NCBI GenBank assembly: GCA_964291405.2 | Contig: OZ219926.1 | Location: forward strand, 480,001-544,000 | Reading direction: 5' to 3' | DNA from: Thermodesulfobacteriota bacterium | GTDB taxonomy: Bacteria > Desulfobacterota > Binatia > Bin18 | DNA: 64,000 bases | Part shown: positions 27,069-38,569 of the stretch, in pieces | Layout: the number at the start of each line of letters is the position of its first letter | How positions within the stretch are numbered: position 1 is the stretch's first letter | Position numbers and translations under genes: made by a program | The notes under the pieces: generated by a model | The model's database searches: none | Seen by the model: only the letters and a program-made list of their open reading frames with translations | What the model was told of the DNA's origin: nothing

Positions 27069-28301
27069 CTATTGTTCAGCCGTCGCACGCGTTTCCGTCG
27101 CGATCGGAGTACGTTCTTTGGACATAAAGGTCTTAAAGCTCGGCCAGATGTCTTCTTTGCGTTCGATCAGCACGGTCTGGAAATTCTCGGCTTCCAGGCG
27201 GCGGAAAATATTGAGCATGGAGCTTTCGTAATAGCGCGATCCGAGTGGCTTGATCTCACCATAGCCAAACAAGTTACACAGTTCGCACAGTTCTTGGGCG
27301 GCCTTGAGGGCTGCGGGGTTATCGGAGTCAAAATTATCTCCGTCCGAACAGTGAAAGGCGTACAGATTCCACAATGACGGATGATAGCGGGCCTGGATCA
27401 CTTCGAGCGCTTTCGTGTATCCGGAGGAGATGAACGTCCCGCCCGACTCTCCCTTATAGAAAAATTCTTCCTCGGTGACTTCTTTCCCCTCGGTATGGTG
27501 CGCAATAAAGGCAATCTCGACATTCCGGTATTTAGTGCAGACAAATTGGTACAGCATGAAGAAGAAGCTGCGCGCCAGATATTTTTTCAGGGTATCCATC
27601 GACCCCGAGGTGTCCATGATGCACAGGACCGCGGCGTTGGATTCCGGCCGGACATCCTCGACCAGATGGCGATAGACGAGGTCCTCTTTGCGAAAGGGGA
27701 AGCGCTCCTCCTCGTCCGTTTGATCGTCGTCCTGCCTGGTAGTAGCCAAGCGACGTTTAATGCGTGATTTGACCGTCCGTTTCTTATCCAGCCGAATCCG
27801 GATGCCCGCTTTCCGAAAGCCCTTGCGCTTGCTGATGCGGTCGGACAGGACCTCGCGCAAAATCTTGCGTTCCATATCCGGCAGTTCGAGGTCCTCGAAC
27901 ATGATCTCGATCAGCTCTTCCAGGGTCACATCAGTCTCATAATAATCAACACCGGGCTGATCGCCGGCTTTATCCTCGCCCTGCCCTTGGCCGGTTCCAT
28001 CGGTCTTGCCAATGACCTGGCCTTTTTCCGAGTTGCCGTCTCCCTGGCCAACGCCGGATGCGTTCTCACCGTAGATAAAGCGGTATTCCTTGACCCCACG
28101 GATGGGGACTTTGATGACTTTATCCTTGTTCTTGCCGATGATGGATTCTTCGGCAATCAGGTCGGCGATGTTCTCGCGCACCGCTTCTCTGACCTTCTGC
28201 CGGTGCCGCTGCCGGTCGCCGGCACTCCGGTCGGAGCGCAGCGCATCGGACGACGAGTACGGACGAAAGATCGCGTTGATTGTCGGTTTCATACCCTGCA
28301 C
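27069..28301 (-). CDS. yeaH: YeaH/YhbH (DUF444) vWA-like protein
   Basis: MDTSGSM, GESGGT.ISS, YAFHCSDGDN; lies between prkA and spoVR. Confidence 0.9.
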   Translation of the reverse strand: MQGMKPTINAIFRPYSSSDALRSDRSAGDRQRHRQKVREAVRENIADLIAEESIIGKNKDKVIKVPIRGVKEYRFIYGENASGVGQGDGNSEKGQVIGKTDGTGQGQGEDKAGDQPGVDYYETDVTLEELIEIMFEDLELPDMERKILREVLSDRISKRKGFRKAGIRIRLDKKRTVKSRIKRRLATTRQDDDQTDEEERFPFRKEDLVYRHLVEDVRPESNAAVLCIMDTSGSMDTLKKYLARSFFFMLYQFVCTKYRNVEIAFIAHHTEGKEVTEEEFFYKGESGGTFISSGYTKALEVIQARYHPSLWNLYAFHCSDGDNFDSDNPAALKAAQELCELCNLFGYGEIKPLGSRYYESSMLNIFRRLEAENFQTVLIERKEDIWPSFKTFMSKERTPIATETRATAEQ

Positions 28302-28350
28302 CGCCTCAACTCACCTCCGCAGGCCAGACTGAAGAGCAGCCGGCTGCACG

Positions 28351-30282
28351 TTAATCTTTCCACAAATGATTGGCCGCGTATTTTAAGATCACGTCAACAC
28401 TGTCTTCCGGATACCCGAGTTCAATCAAGCGCCGCACCATGGCCGCATGTTTTTGCTGCTGTTCCTCGTCTCGCGTCCGGGCCTTGGTAATAATGCGGCT
28501 GATATCACGCACGGAACTCATGAGCTTTTTCTCAATCGCGTCCTTCAGCGGCTCATAGCTCTCATAGCCAACCTTCTCTTCCCGGCGTAATGACGCCCAG
28601 AGATAGGCAATCACCTCCTGGCGGAAGCCGTCTGCCGCCGAGCCGATAATCGCAATCTGCTCCTCAATGGATTTGAGAAACCCTTCGTCCGGCAAAAGCT
28701 CTTCCTTGGTGTTGCGATCCTTGACCTTCGTCTGGTTCACATACGCTTCGGCGTGGTCCAGGTAGTTCTGAAAGAGGGATTCGGCCTGTTCCTGATAGGA
28801 ATAAACAAAGGCTTTGGTAATCTCTTTCTCCAGAATTTCGAGATATTCTTTATGGATCGTGTCTTGGAGAAACTCCAGATACTGCTTGCGCGTATCGTCG
28901 GCAATTTCCATTTCCTTGACCATCCGAATCAGGGCTTCGCGCACACTGATCGGATTAATCGAGGACCCCCCGTCCGACAGAGCATTATCAAGCGCTTTCA
29001 TCACAAAGCGGGTGGATATGCCGGACATGCCTTCGCGCTTGGCATCCTCGCGCAGTTCTTTGACGGTGATCTTTTTGGTGCGGCCTTTTTCAACCACTTC
29101 CTCGCCGTTGTACAGGCGCAGCTTGGTCATCAGGTCGCATTTTGGCGAGGGCTCCAGACGTGACAGGATGGCGAACATCGCCGCGATTTCGAGCGTATGC
29201 GGTGCCACGCTCGCTCGGAAGTCGGAATTGTGCAGCATCTTTTGGTAGATTTTGACCTCTTCCGACTGGCGTAAATTATAGGGCACCCTGACCACCACAA
29301 TACGGTCCAGAATCGCCTCGTTGGTATGATCGGCCTTGAACTTTTGCCACTCTGCCTCGTTCGAATGGGCCACAATAACCGTGTCGACAAAGACCGTCCC
29401 GTGGCGACCTGGCGCGGGCACGAATTTCTCCTGCGTAGCCGTAATCATCGCGTGCAGATATTCCGTCTCGTTCTTGAAGACCTCAATAAACTCGACCACG
29501 CCGCGGTTACCGACGTTGAACGCCCCATTCAGTTCGAGTACACGCGGGTCGCCTTCTGAGTAACGGTCCAATTTTGAGATGTCCTCCGAGCCGATCAGCA
29601 CCGAGGTGTCCTGATTGTTGGGATCAACCGGCGGTACGACACCAATCCCGCGCCGGTTTCGCTTGGAAAAACCGACCGTGGTGACCGGCATTTCCTCATA
29701 CCGGTTTTTGAATTCCTCACGCAGGCGCCAGCGGGTCACCGGACAGAGATCGCCCTCAATCCGCACGTCGAGCATCTTCTCGAATTCTTTGCGCAAATGG
29801 CGAGGGATGAGCAAGAGCGGCTCTTCGTGCATGGGCGAGCCCGCAATCGCATAGATCGGATCAAGCCCTTCCAGCCCGCGCTGGAGCTTCTCGACGAGCG
29901 AACTCTTCCCGGCCCCAACCGGTCCCATGAGATAGAGAACCTGGCGACTCTCTTCGCCGCGCATGGCTGCGGACTGAAAGTAGCGCACGATCTGGGCCAA
30001 GGTTTCTTCAATGCCGAAGAATTCGTCCTTGAAGAAATTATAGACTTTGAGTGACTCGTCCTTGAATAGCCGTCTGACCCGTGGGTCATCGGTCTCGTTC
30101 ACATGAGAGACCCCTTCGCGCATGATCATATCATAGGTCCGCGCATGGGCGTGCTTGACCAGCGAGGGGTCTTTCCTGATCTTTTCCAGGTATTCGATGA
30201 AGGTTCCGCTCCAGTGCTTGCTCTCTTGATTCTCCCGGTCTGCCTTGATCATCCGCTCAAAAACATTTTGCTCGGCTGCCAT
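28351..30282 (-). CDS. prkA: PrkA/YeaG family serine protein kinase (AAA+)
   Basis: LMGPVGAGKSS, NRGVVEFIEVFK, AHSNEAEW, EAILDRI; start ATG 30282 with AAGGAG RBS. Confidence 0.92.
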   Translation of the reverse strand: MAAEQNVFERMIKADRENQESKHWSGTFIEYLEKIRKDPSLVKHAHARTYDMIMREGVSHVNETDDPRVRRLFKDESLKVYNFFKDEFFGIEETLAQIVRYFQSAAMRGEESRQVLYLMGPVGAGKSSLVEKLQRGLEGLDPIYAIAGSPMHEEPLLLIPRHLRKEFEKMLDVRIEGDLCPVTRWRLREEFKNRYEEMPVTTVGFSKRNRRGIGVVPPVDPNNQDTSVLIGSEDISKLDRYSEGDPRVLELNGAFNVGNRGVVEFIEVFKNETEYLHAMITATQEKFVPAPGRHGTVFVDTVIVAHSNEAEWQKFKADHTNEAILDRIVVVRVPYNLRQSEEVKIYQKMLHNSDFRASVAPHTLEIAAMFAILSRLEPSPKCDLMTKLRLYNGEEVVEKGRTKKITVKELREDAKREGMSGISTRFVMKALDNALSDGGSSINPISVREALIRMVKEMEIADDTRKQYLEFLQDTIHKEYLEILEKEITKAFVYSYQEQAESLFQNYLDHAEAYVNQTKVKDRNTKEELLPDEGFLKSIEEQIAIIGSAADGFRQEVIAYLWASLRREEKVGYESYEPLKDAIEKKLMSSVRDISRIITKARTRDEEQQQKHAAMVRRLIELGYPEDSVDVILKYAANHLWKD

Positions 30283-30344
30283 AAAGCGCTCCTTGTATGA
30301 GTGCAAGGGGTTGCGTTGACAGTTACCCACCACCTCTTGGGGGC

Positions 30345-30372
30345 ATTATAGGAAGTGGGGATGGCGAATCAA
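30345..30372 (-). promoter_or_regulatory. Sigma70-type promoter for the prkA operon
   Basis: Minus strand TTGATT, 16 bp spacer, TATAAT. Confidence 0.55.
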
Positions 30373-30411
30373 GACCTAGATTCGGACCATACGAACAAGA
30401 GACAGGAAAGA

Positions 30412-30486
<75 letters not shown>

Positions 30487-30496
30487 AAGGAGAGAG

Positions 30497-30569
30497 CTGA
30501 GGTGGTAGGACTCGAACCTACAATCGCCTGATCCAGAGTCAGGTGGCTTACCAATTAGCCCACACCTCA
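30497..30569 (-). tRNA. tRNA-Gln(CTG)
   Basis: TGAGGTG...CCTGA-CT CTG GA-TCAGG...GGTTCGAGTCC...CACCTCAG; CCA not encoded. Confidence 0.93.
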
Positions 30570-30603
30570 GTGCTGTTCACAATAAATAAGCAACCATAGG
30601 AAG

Positions 30604-32019
30604 TCAAGATTCAGCCGTGACCGGTGGCTCCGCTAGGACACGGTCAATCCGGGCAAGACAGCGTTCCTTTCCCAACACCTCCATGACTTCAAAAATCCCA
30701 GGGCTCGCCGTCTTTCCGGTGAGTGCGACTCGAACCGGTTGGGCAATTTTACCCAATTTGACCTGCTCGGTTTCCATAAACGCAACAAATACCTCATGAA
30801 GTGTCGGCTCATCCCATACTGTCACGTCGTGCAGTTGGGTCCGCAAGCGCGCCAACAGCGGAAGAGTGGCGGCCTTCAAAAATTTCTTCGCCGCCTTCTC
30901 CTCCAATGGAATATTGTCCGACAGATAGAAATGGGACTGCGTGCCCAATTCGACCAGCGTTTTCGCCCGAGGTTGCAGCGTTGTCACCATCCGTGCCAGC
31001 CAGCCGTCATCAGGCATGGGACGTTCCGTTGCAGAGAGAAAGGGCTTCACTTCTTGTGCGAGTTGCTCGGCAGGCCGCGCATTGAGATAGTGCGCATTCA
31101 GCCACTCCAGCTTTTCCGGGTTAAAGACGCCGGCTGATTTACCGACATCTTCGAGCTTGAATTTTTCTTCAAGCTCCTGCCACGAAAAGACTTCGTCGTC
31201 GCCATGCGCCCAGCCGAGACGCGCTAGAAAATTCACCAGCGCATCTGGCAAATAGCCCGCTTCTCGATACGCGCGGACGGCGGTCGCTCCGTGGCGCTTG
31301 CTGAGCGGTGCCCGGTCGTTACCCAAAATCAGAGGCAGGTGAGCGAAATGCGGGAGCGAGGCGTCCATTGCCTGGAAGAGCAGGACCTGACGCGGTGTAT
31401 TTGTCAGATGATCATCGCCTCGAACAATATGAGAGATGTGGAGGTCGGCGTCGTCGAAGACTGAGCAGAAGTTATAGGTTGGTGAGCCGTCGGAGCGCAC
31501 AAGAATCAGATCATCCAGTTCCTGATTCTGAAACACTACCCGCCCCTTGAGCAGGTCATCAACAACGGTCTCACCTTCTTTGGGACTTCGGAAACGCACC
31601 GTGTAGGGGCGAGACTCGCCCGACGCGGGCAGATAGTCCCGGCAGGTCCCATCGTAGGCCGGACTGCGCCCTGCGGCCAGTGCGGCTTTCCGTTTTGCCT
31701 CAAGCTCCTCGGGAGTGCAAAAACAGCGAAAGGCTCGCCCTTGGCTGAGCAACCGTTCCCCCATGTCCTGGTACTGCACCGAGCGCTGGCTCTGATAGTA
31801 CGGGCCCTCGTCCCAAGCCAGACCAAGCCACCGCATCGAATCCACAATATCGTCGTGGAATTCTTGGGTAGAGCGTTGTACGTCGGTGTCATCAATACGC
31901 AGCACGAAAGTTCCGGATTGTTGCCGCGCAGCAAGGAGGGCAAACAGAGCGGTCCGGGCTCCACCAATATGCAGGAAGCCGGTCGGACTCGGGGCAAAAC
32001 GTGAACGGACGGTTGTCAT
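30604..32019 (-). CDS. gltX: Glutamate--tRNA ligase
   Basis: RFAPSPTGFLHIGGART, LRIDDTD, RGDDH, LSKRHG, NFLARLGW. Confidence 0.96.
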   Translation of the reverse strand: MTTVRSRFAPSPTGFLHIGGARTALFALLAARQQSGTFVLRIDDTDVQRSTQEFHDDIVDSMRWLGLAWDEGPYYQSQRSVQYQDMGERLLSQGRAFRCFCTPEELEAKRKAALAAGRSPAYDGTCRDYLPASGESRPYTVRFRSPKEGETVVDDLLKGRVVFQNQELDDLILVRSDGSPTYNFCSVFDDADLHISHIVRGDDHLTNTPRQVLLFQAMDASLPHFAHLPLILGNDRAPLSKRHGATAVRAYREAGYLPDALVNFLARLGWAHGDDEVFSWQELEEKFKLEDVGKSAGVFNPEKLEWLNAHYLNARPAEQLAQEVKPFLSATERPMPDDGWLARMVTTLQPRAKTLVELGTQSHFYLSDNIPLEEKAAKKFLKAATLPLLARLRTQLHDVTVWDEPTLHEVFVAFMETEQVKLGKIAQPVRVALTGKTASPGIFEVMEVLGKERCLARIDRVLAEPPVTAES

Positions 32020-32025
32020 GTCCGG

Positions 32026-32054
32026 ACGCTACCCACGGGCAGCCGACAAGTCAA
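32026..32054 (-). promoter_or_regulatory. Promoter predicted to give a leaderless gltX mRNA
   Basis: TTGACT, 17 bp, TAGCGT, 6 bp, ATG; no Shine-Dalgarno sequence. Confidence 0.5.
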
Positions 32055-32149
32055 CGCCGGGCGGGCCGCATATCCGACTCCTAATACCGGTCCGCAGGGT
32101 GGGAGGGGGTTTGAGTTCTTGAAGTGTATCAGGTAAGGTGCGCTGAGCT

Positions 32150-32222
32150 GAGCCGATAGCTCAGTTGGTAGAGCATCTGCCTTTTAAGCAGAGGGTCCCG
32201 GGTTCGAGCCCCGGTCGGCTCA
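32150..32222 (+). tRNA. tRNA-Lys(TTT)
   Basis: GAGCCGA-TAGCTCAGTTGGTAGAGC-A-TCTGC-CT TTT AA-GCAGA...GGTTCGAGCC...TCGGCTCA. Confidence 0.95.
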
Positions 32223-32244
32223 TCCCTCTTTTACAATCCATTCT

Positions 32245-32319
<75 letters not shown>

Positions 32320-32325
32320 CTCTCC

Positions 32326-33612
32326 TCACACAAACATCCCCAGAGGCTCGAACTCCTCTCGGAGCAACGCCTTCGTATCATCATAGCCCAGCCATTCCTG
32401 AATCAACGTAGCGTAGACACGCCGGAAGTCGGTCGTATAGCGCAGATTGCCGTCGTCCAAATCGGTCAGACTGGGCGGCGTGCTGTAGAAACCACCCTTG
32501 ACCTTCTCCCCAATGACGTAGACCGGCGTGGCCGTACCGTGGTCAGTGCCTTTACTGGCATTCTCGGGGACGCGTCGGCCAAATTCGGTAAAGACCATAA
32601 TCGCGACGTCATCGGCCCGACCGATGCGGTTGAGGTCTGCCATAAAGCCACGTAGCGCGTCGGTGGTATAGGTCAGGAGACGGAAGTGGAGATCGTTTTG
32701 GTGGACGTGTGTATCAAAGACGTTGCCCGCATAACTGACGTAGTACAGCCGGGTCGGTATCTCGGCTTTGATTAAGGCCGCAACCTTGCGCAAATCAAGC
32801 CCGAGACCGGCCGCCCGCACGCCGTAGTCGACCGGGGTCTGATAGTCCGCCCATGCCTGACGAACAAAGGCCGCGCTTTCCGTTGCGTTTTCAGCCAAGC
32901 CAGTCAGGAAGTCCAAGGAAGCGTTGGGTGTTGCCCGCTTGTCGCTCAGCCGCGGGAAGAGCGGTTGTTGCTGGTGAACACCATTCCGTTTAAACCCTTC
33001 TGGGTCATAGAAGACCAGGGGCGAGTGATGGCGACTCCGCACGGCGAGGGATTGCGCGGTGGCAATATTGACCAGATAGTTGCGCTGCACCTCGGGGTCG
33101 AGCGTATCGGCCAGACGGCCTAACCAGCCAAGCTTTTCGCCCGCATGAGGACTGCCCGTATGCCAAAAGCCCATGGACGCAAAATGCGACAGGATCGGAT
33201 TGTCGTATCCGCAGGCGTGCACAATCGCCAGCTTGCCGTCTTTGTATAGATGCTCGAATCCGGCCATGGCCGGATGAAAGCCAAAGTGCGCGTCGATCTT
33301 CCGCACATCTTGGGCCGGAATACCAATGGTCGGGCGCTGCTGATAATAGGCATCGTCACTATATGGAATGATCGTATTCACCCCGTCGTTCCCACCCGAG
33401 AGTTCGACCACGACAAGAATGCGTTCCGGATGCGCATGGGGTGACGTCGCAGCCTCCACTTGCTTTGCCAGTACTGAGAACGGGCCGCGGGACACAAGGG
33501 GAGTACCAAGTAGTCCGGCCCCAACGCCGAGGCCGTACATGCCCACTCGGAGGGCGTCGCGCCGTGAGAGTGACCTATTCAATAGAGACGTTTTTACCGA
33601 GGTCTTAGCCAT
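32326..33612 (-). CDS. DUF1501 protein with Tat signal
   Basis: SRRDAL twin-arginine motif; LSGGNDG.NT..P, SHF, FDTH, EFGRR..EN...GTDHG. Confidence 0.88.
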   Translation of the reverse strand: MAKTSVKTSLLNRSLSRRDALRVGMYGLGVGAGLLGTPLVSRGPFSVLAKQVEAATSPHAHPERILVVVELSGGNDGVNTIIPYSDDAYYQQRPTIGIPAQDVRKIDAHFGFHPAMAGFEHLYKDGKLAIVHACGYDNPILSHFASMGFWHTGSPHAGEKLGWLGRLADTLDPEVQRNYLVNIATAQSLAVRSRHHSPLVFYDPEGFKRNGVHQQQPLFPRLSDKRATPNASLDFLTGLAENATESAAFVRQAWADYQTPVDYGVRAAGLGLDLRKVAALIKAEIPTRLYYVSYAGNVFDTHVHQNDLHFRLLTYTTDALRGFMADLNRIGRADDVAIMVFTEFGRRVPENASKGTDHGTATPVYVIGEKVKGGFYSTPPSLTDLDDGNLRYTTDFRRVYATLIQEWLGYDDTKALLREEFEPLGMFV

Positions 33613-33631
33613 ACGCCTTATCCTTCGTTAA

Positions 33632-35542
33632 TTAGCCCAACTGATATTCTGGCGTGCTCATAATGAGATGGACCAGATGACGGACCGGCTCCTCCAGATA
33701 GGTCATCGCCGGTTTGATCGTATCTGTCCCCAGCTCCCGAGTGAGGAAGTCAATAAGCGCTTGTCGGTCGTCTTCCGCCAGGGGAACCCGCACTAGACGA
33801 TCAAGAAAATAATCAACGACCTCAGACGTTGTAGCAAGCCCAGCCTGGCGAGCGATGCTGGTCATGGAAAGCTGGGCGGCAAAACGAGGAATGGGTTTCA
33901 CCCGCCGAAAAGCTTCTTGCCAGCCGTGCGTGCTCCCGTAGCGAGTGTTATAGTCTTCGTCCGCTCCCGCCATCATATTAAACATGGACATGGACTCGGA
34001 GCCTGACGGGTCCATGGCGTTACCGGACATGGCGTTATCATCGGTCTCAATCGTCGCCGCCGTGATTTCATAGCCTTGGGCGATCTTGGTCGCCACCTTT
34101 TGGTTGGTCACCGGCATCCAACGGTCCGGTGGCCGAAAATTCACCATATCGGGAAAGAAGACCGCGCGAGCGAAGTTTCCGCGTTCAAGCAGCAAGGCGG
34201 GCGTGATCCAGCTCCGTCCCCCCTCCCAGCCCGCGACGTTCGGCGGATGAAAGAGTTCTTGGCCCAGGTCGCGAGTGGTCGTGTTGAAGTCGGGCACTCC
34301 GGGAATATTGGTCAGCCCGAGCTTGCGATAGGTCGAAATCACGAGATGCACTGGGCTTTTGATCTGGGTTCCGTAGGCTGGCGGACTGTAGAAGTCGCGC
34401 GAGAGAAAAATCGTCGCCAACAGCGGCGCGATTTCGTAGTGATGCTCTCGCAGGATTGCGCCGAGTTGCACCACCAGCTCGGGCGCGGGATTTTGTCGAA
34501 CAAAATAGCGATATAACTTTGCCGCAATAAAGCGGGCCGCCACATCCTGTTCCAGAATAATATCAATAATATCGGTGCCGTCGTAATTCCCGGTATGTTC
34601 GAGGAAGGTCTTCTGCCCGTCGTCGTGCAGCTCGGGTTTGACCACAAAGTCCAGCCCGACATGGGTCCAGCCGGTAAACGCCCGGGAGGCCTCGCGAATG
34701 TCAGTCTCGGTGTAGTTGCCCACACCCAGGGTGAAGAGTTCCAGGATTTCTCTGCCAAAGTTCTCGTTGGGGTGGCCTTTGATATTCTCCCCAGCATCCA
34801 GATAGACGAGCATGGCCGGATCCTGGGCGACGCCGATGAGGAGATCGCGAAAACTCCCATTCCCCCGTTGCCAGAATAATTCGAGCTGTTTGAGGAGCTT
34901 GCGGTAGTCCCGCACCTTGGTATCTGAGGTCGCAAAATGGCCGTGCCAGAACAGGGCCAATTTTTCCTGAAGCGGACGCTTTGTCACCAGCATACGCTGA
35001 GCCCACCACTGTCCGGCCCGTCGCATTTCCAGTGCGTCGGCCCGCAGCCAATAGAAAAAACGATCGACAACGGGCTGGAGGGGACGACTCCCGCCGGGTT
35101 TGACCTTGACCCCCATGGACTCGCCGTTGACACGGGCAATACGTACGGCATCAGCTCGACTTTTCGGAAACGGGTCAAGCGTTGGGTCGAACACCCCAGA
35201 TTCGTCGAACGGCGGGACGTGGCTGTTGTCCGTGTCTTGGTAGTGAACGAGATGACGAACGGCGGCGGCTGGCGTCATCGCAGCCAAGTGGTCAACTTCT
35301 TGGGGTGGGCCGCCAAAACCGGCCCGCTCCAAGAGATGGGCGGCCCGGTCCCGACTCCATTCTTGGGCGGTTATGGGCGTGAGGTCGCCCGTCCATGAAT
35401 GGGGTCCGGCTCGAAGACCCTGCTTCTGGGGACGAGCCTCCTCGGCGAAAAGGGGGGGTATCAGAAGGACGAGAAAGATACAGGTTCCAGTCCCTACCCT
35501 GCTGACGAGCCGACTCAGCCTCGGGCTCCAAATCCATTCCAT
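33632..35542 (-). CDS. DUF1800 protein
   Basis: AAHLL.RAGFG, LQEKLALFWHGHFAT, DPAML.YLD, PNENFGREILELFTLG, PPNVAGW, SPEYQL-like end; paired with DUF1501. Confidence 0.88.
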   Translation of the reverse strand: MEWIWSPRLSRLVSRVGTGTCIFLVLLIPPLFAEEARPQKQGLRAGPHSWTGDLTPITAQEWSRDRAAHLLERAGFGGPPQEVDHLAAMTPAAAVRHLVHYQDTDNSHVPPFDESGVFDPTLDPFPKSRADAVRIARVNGESMGVKVKPGGSRPLQPVVDRFFYWLRADALEMRRAGQWWAQRMLVTKRPLQEKLALFWHGHFATSDTKVRDYRKLLKQLELFWQRGNGSFRDLLIGVAQDPAMLVYLDAGENIKGHPNENFGREILELFTLGVGNYTETDIREASRAFTGWTHVGLDFVVKPELHDDGQKTFLEHTGNYDGTDIIDIILEQDVAARFIAAKLYRYFVRQNPAPELVVQLGAILREHHYEIAPLLATIFLSRDFYSPPAYGTQIKSPVHLVISTYRKLGLTNIPGVPDFNTTTRDLGQELFHPPNVAGWEGGRSWITPALLLERGNFARAVFFPDMVNFRPPDRWMPVTNQKVATKIAQGYEITAATIETDDNAMSGNAMDPSGSESMSMFNMMAGADEDYNTRYGSTHGWQEAFRRVKPIPRFAAQLSMTSIARQAGLATTSEVVDYFLDRLVRVPLAEDDRQALIDFLTRELGTDTIKPAMTYLEEPVRHLVHLIMSTPEYQLG

Positions 35543-35732
35543 GAGCTGTTCTCTCCTACTCCAGATATATACTCGTTGATCCGGCTACAGCACAAGATGC
35601 CAAAAAACACCCCCGGTTTCGCGTTCCTGTCCTTCGCTGCTCCCTTGCCTTGATGGGCGAGAGAATATATCCGCTTAGCCAAGCACCGAATTATCATTTT
35701 ACAATAGGCACTAAAGGTGGGGGGATTGGTCT

Positions 35733-38444
35733 ATGGCACATAACCTTTTTGATTCTTTGCAAACCTTTACCACCGCGGCTGGAAAAACCAGCCAGTTTTA
35801 CGCCCTGCCCCGACTCGAAAAGGCGGGCGTCGGACCAGTTTCTCGGCTTCCGATCAGTATCCGTATCGTGCTGGAGTCGGTCTTGCGCAACTATGACGGC
35901 CAGAAGATTACCGAAGAGGACGTCCGGACCCTCGCCAATTGGGGACCGACAGAAACCCGTACAGCGGAAATTCCCTTTGTGGTGGCACGGATTATCCTGC
36001 AAGACTTTACCGGCGTCCCCCTGCTGGTCGACTTGGCCGCTATGCGTTCGGCCGTGGCCAAGCTGGGCAAAGATCCCAAATTGATCGAACCTCTGGTGCC
36101 GGTGGACCTGGTGGTCGACCACTCTATTCAGGTCGATCATTCAGGGGTGGGAAACGCTTTACAACGGAATATGGAGATCGAATTCGAGCGCAATCAGCCC
36201 CGGTATCAATTTCTGAAATGGGGTATGCAGGCGTTCGATAGTTTTCAGGTCGTGCCGCCGGGTATCGGTATTGTCCATCAGGTCAATCTGGAATACCTGG
36301 CCAAAGGCGTTCTTGAGAGAGATGGCATCTATTATCCGGATACCCTAGTCGGCACGGATTCGCATACCACCATGATTAACGGCCTTGGGGTGGTCGCCTG
36401 GGGTGTTGGGGGGATTGAGGCAGAGGCCGGCATGCTAGGGCAACCGGTGTACTTTCTCACCCCGGATGTCGTTGGTATGCATATGACCGGCCGCCTGCGT
36501 GAGGGGGTCACCGCGACGGACCTCGTGCTGCACTGTACCGAGATGCTCCGCGCCGCCAAGGTCGTAGGGAAATTCGTGGAATATTTTGGCGAAGGTGCGG
36601 CCTCCCTGCCCCTGACCGACCGAGCAACGATTGCCAATATGGCGCCGGAGTATGGCGCGACTATGGGCTTTTTCCCGATTGATGAGGAAACCTGCAAATA
36701 CCTGACAGCCACGGGTCGAACCGAGGAACAGGTTGATGCGTTCCGGAGCTATTTCCAGGCCCAGCAGATGTTTGGCATTCCGCGCCGGGGTGAGGTGGAC
36801 TACAGCCAAGTACTTGAACTCGACTTGGCCGATGTGCAGCCTGGTCTGGCCGGTCCACGTCGTCCGCAGGACCGGATTGATCTTCCGGATATGAAGGAGA
36901 CATTCCAGGGACTCCTGACAACGCCGCTCAACGAGGGTGGTTTCCATGTCGACCAAGCGACGCTCGACCAGCGCCATGCCATACCGAAAGACGGACCTTC
37001 GAATTTCGGTGATATTGGACATGGGGATGTGCTCATTGCTGCGATTACTTCGTGTACAAACACCTCAAACCCGAGTGTGATGTTGGCAGCCGGGCTCATG
37101 GCCAAGAAGGCGGTCGAACGCGGCATGACGGTCAGACCGACGGTCAAAACGTCTCTGGGTCCGGGCTCGCGTGTCGTAACGGAATATCTGGAGAGAACCG
37201 GATTACAACAGTATCTCAACCACGTTGGCTTTCAGACCGTGGGCTATGGCTGCACCACCTGCATCGGGAACTCCGGCCCTCTTGATTCGGAGATCGAACA
37301 GACCGTCACACAGCATAATCTTGTGGCTGCCAGCGTCTTGAGCGGCAATCGCAACTTCGAGGCCCGCGTCCACCAAAATATTCGAGCGAATTTCCTGATG
37401 AGTCCACCGCTCGTCGTGGCATTTGCCCTGGCAGGTCGGGTTGATATTGACCTGACCAGCGAGCCCGTGGGCCAGGACAAAGACGGAACCGACGTCTATT
37501 TACGTGACCTGTGGCCGAGCGGGAATGAAATTCAAGACCTGATGGCATCCGCCATGGACTCAGACACCTATCGCCGGTTGTATACCGACTTTGAAGAACA
37601 AAATCCGCTCTGGAACGACATTTCCAGTTCAACCGGTGCAGTCTACGAGTGGAACGCGGAATCGACCTATATTCAGGAGCCGCCCTTCTTTGATGCTTTC
37701 GGCCTCCAGGCCGGGACGATTCAAGACATTACCGATGCCCGTCCGCTGGCCGTGCTGGGCGATTCCGTCACCACCGATCACATCAGTCCCGCGGGAGCGA
37801 TTAAGCCGGATGCGCCAGCCGGACAGTATCTCCAGGAGCATGGAGTTGCGGTCAAAGACTTCAATAGTTACGGCTCACGCCGCGGTAATGATCGCATTAT
37901 GACCCGGGGCACATTTGCCAACGTGCGGATTAAGAACTTGATGGTGCCTGGAGTTGAGGGTGGGGTCACGCAGTATCATGCGGCTCATGGGAATGGTGGC
38001 GAGCAAATGGCGATCTACGATGCGGCCATGCAATATCAGGCCGATGGCACCCCTCTGGTCGTGTTGGCCGGGCAGGAGTACGGCACGGGAAGTTCACGTG
38101 ACTGGGCCGCCAAAGGGACGCGGCTGCTTGGGGTGAAAGCGGTCATCGCCCAAAGCTTTGAGCGGATTCACCGCAGCAATTTGGTCTTTATGGGCGTGGT
38201 GCCCTGTCAGTTCAAAGAGGGCACCAGCGTGCAAACGCTGAGCCTTGACGGGACTGAGAGGTTTGATCTCATCGGCCTCAACGCTGACCTCAAACCTCTT
38301 CAGGACGTGACCTTGGTCGTCCGCCGTGCCAATGGACAATCAATAGATGTCCAGGTTACCGTTCGCATAGATACGCCCATTGAGGTCGAATACTACCGGC
38401 ATGGGGGCATTTTGCCCTACGTGTTACGGCAGTTGGTTGCCTGA
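35733..38444 (+). CDS. acnA: Aconitate hydratase A
   Basis: [57 protein letters not shown]. Confidence 0.97.
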   Translation: MAHNLFDSLQTFTTAAGKTSQFYALPRLEKAGVGPVSRLPISIRIVLESVLRNYDGQKITEEDVRTLANWGPTETRTAEIPFVVARIILQDFTGVPLLVDLAAMRSAVAKLGKDPKLIEPLVPVDLVVDHSIQVDHSGVGNALQRNMEIEFERNQPRYQFLKWGMQAFDSFQVVPPGIGIVHQVNLEYLAKGVLERDGIYYPDTLVGTDSHTTMINGLGVVAWGVGGIEAEAGMLGQPVYFLTPDVVGMHMTGRLREGVTATDLVLHCTEMLRAAKVVGKFVEYFGEGAASLPLTDRATIANMAPEYGATMGFFPIDEETCKYLTATGRTEEQVDAFRSYFQAQQMFGIPRRGEVDYSQVLELDLADVQPGLAGPRRPQDRIDLPDMKETFQGLLTTPLNEGGFHVDQATLDQRHAIPKDGPSNFGDIGHGDVLIAAITSCTNTSNPSVMLAAGLMAKKAVERGMTVRPTVKTSLGPGSRVVTEYLERTGLQQYLNHVGFQTVGYGCTTCIGNSGPLDSEIEQTVTQHNLVAASVLSGNRNFEARVHQNIRANFLMSPPLVVAFALAGRVDIDLTSEPVGQDKDGTDVYLRDLWPSGNEIQDLMASAMDSDTYRRLYTDFEEQNPLWNDISSSTGAVYEWNAESTYIQEPPFFDAFGLQAGTIQDITDARPLAVLGDSVTTDHISPAGAIKPDAPAGQYLQEHGVAVKDFNSYGSRRGNDRIMTRGTFANVRIKNLMVPGVEGGVTQYHAAHGNGGEQMAIYDAAMQYQADGTPLVVLAGQEYGTGSSRDWAAKGTRLLGVKAVIAQSFERIHRSNLVFMGVVPCQFKEGTSVQTLSLDGTERFDLIGLNADLKPLQDVTLVVRRANGQSIDVQVTVRIDTPIEVEYYRHGGILPYVLRQLVA

Positions 38445-38530
38445 TGCTACGGGGCAATTCAAGAATTGCCCCTCTCCGACCATTCCCCCGGAGGCTCTTA
38501 TCGAGTGCTGTTTGCGGGCACTTTTTACCC

Positions 38531-38559
38531 TTGCAAAGTGCCTATTTGCTTCCTATGAT
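38531..38559 (+). promoter_or_regulatory. Sigma70-type promoter for the dsbA-like gene
   Basis: TTGCAA, 17 bp, TATGAT; ends 10 bp before ATG 38570. Confidence 0.55.
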
Positions 38560-38569
38560 CCGGCCAGAC

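Noticed and set aside
30604-32019. Calling GltX discriminating or non-discriminating from the Arg in LQPRAKTL
   Set aside because: That residue alone is not a reliable predictor; it needs the genome-wide glnS/gatCAB inventory
35694-36140. 148-aa minus-strand ORF with plausible composition
   Set aside because: Antisense to the conserved 5' part of acnA
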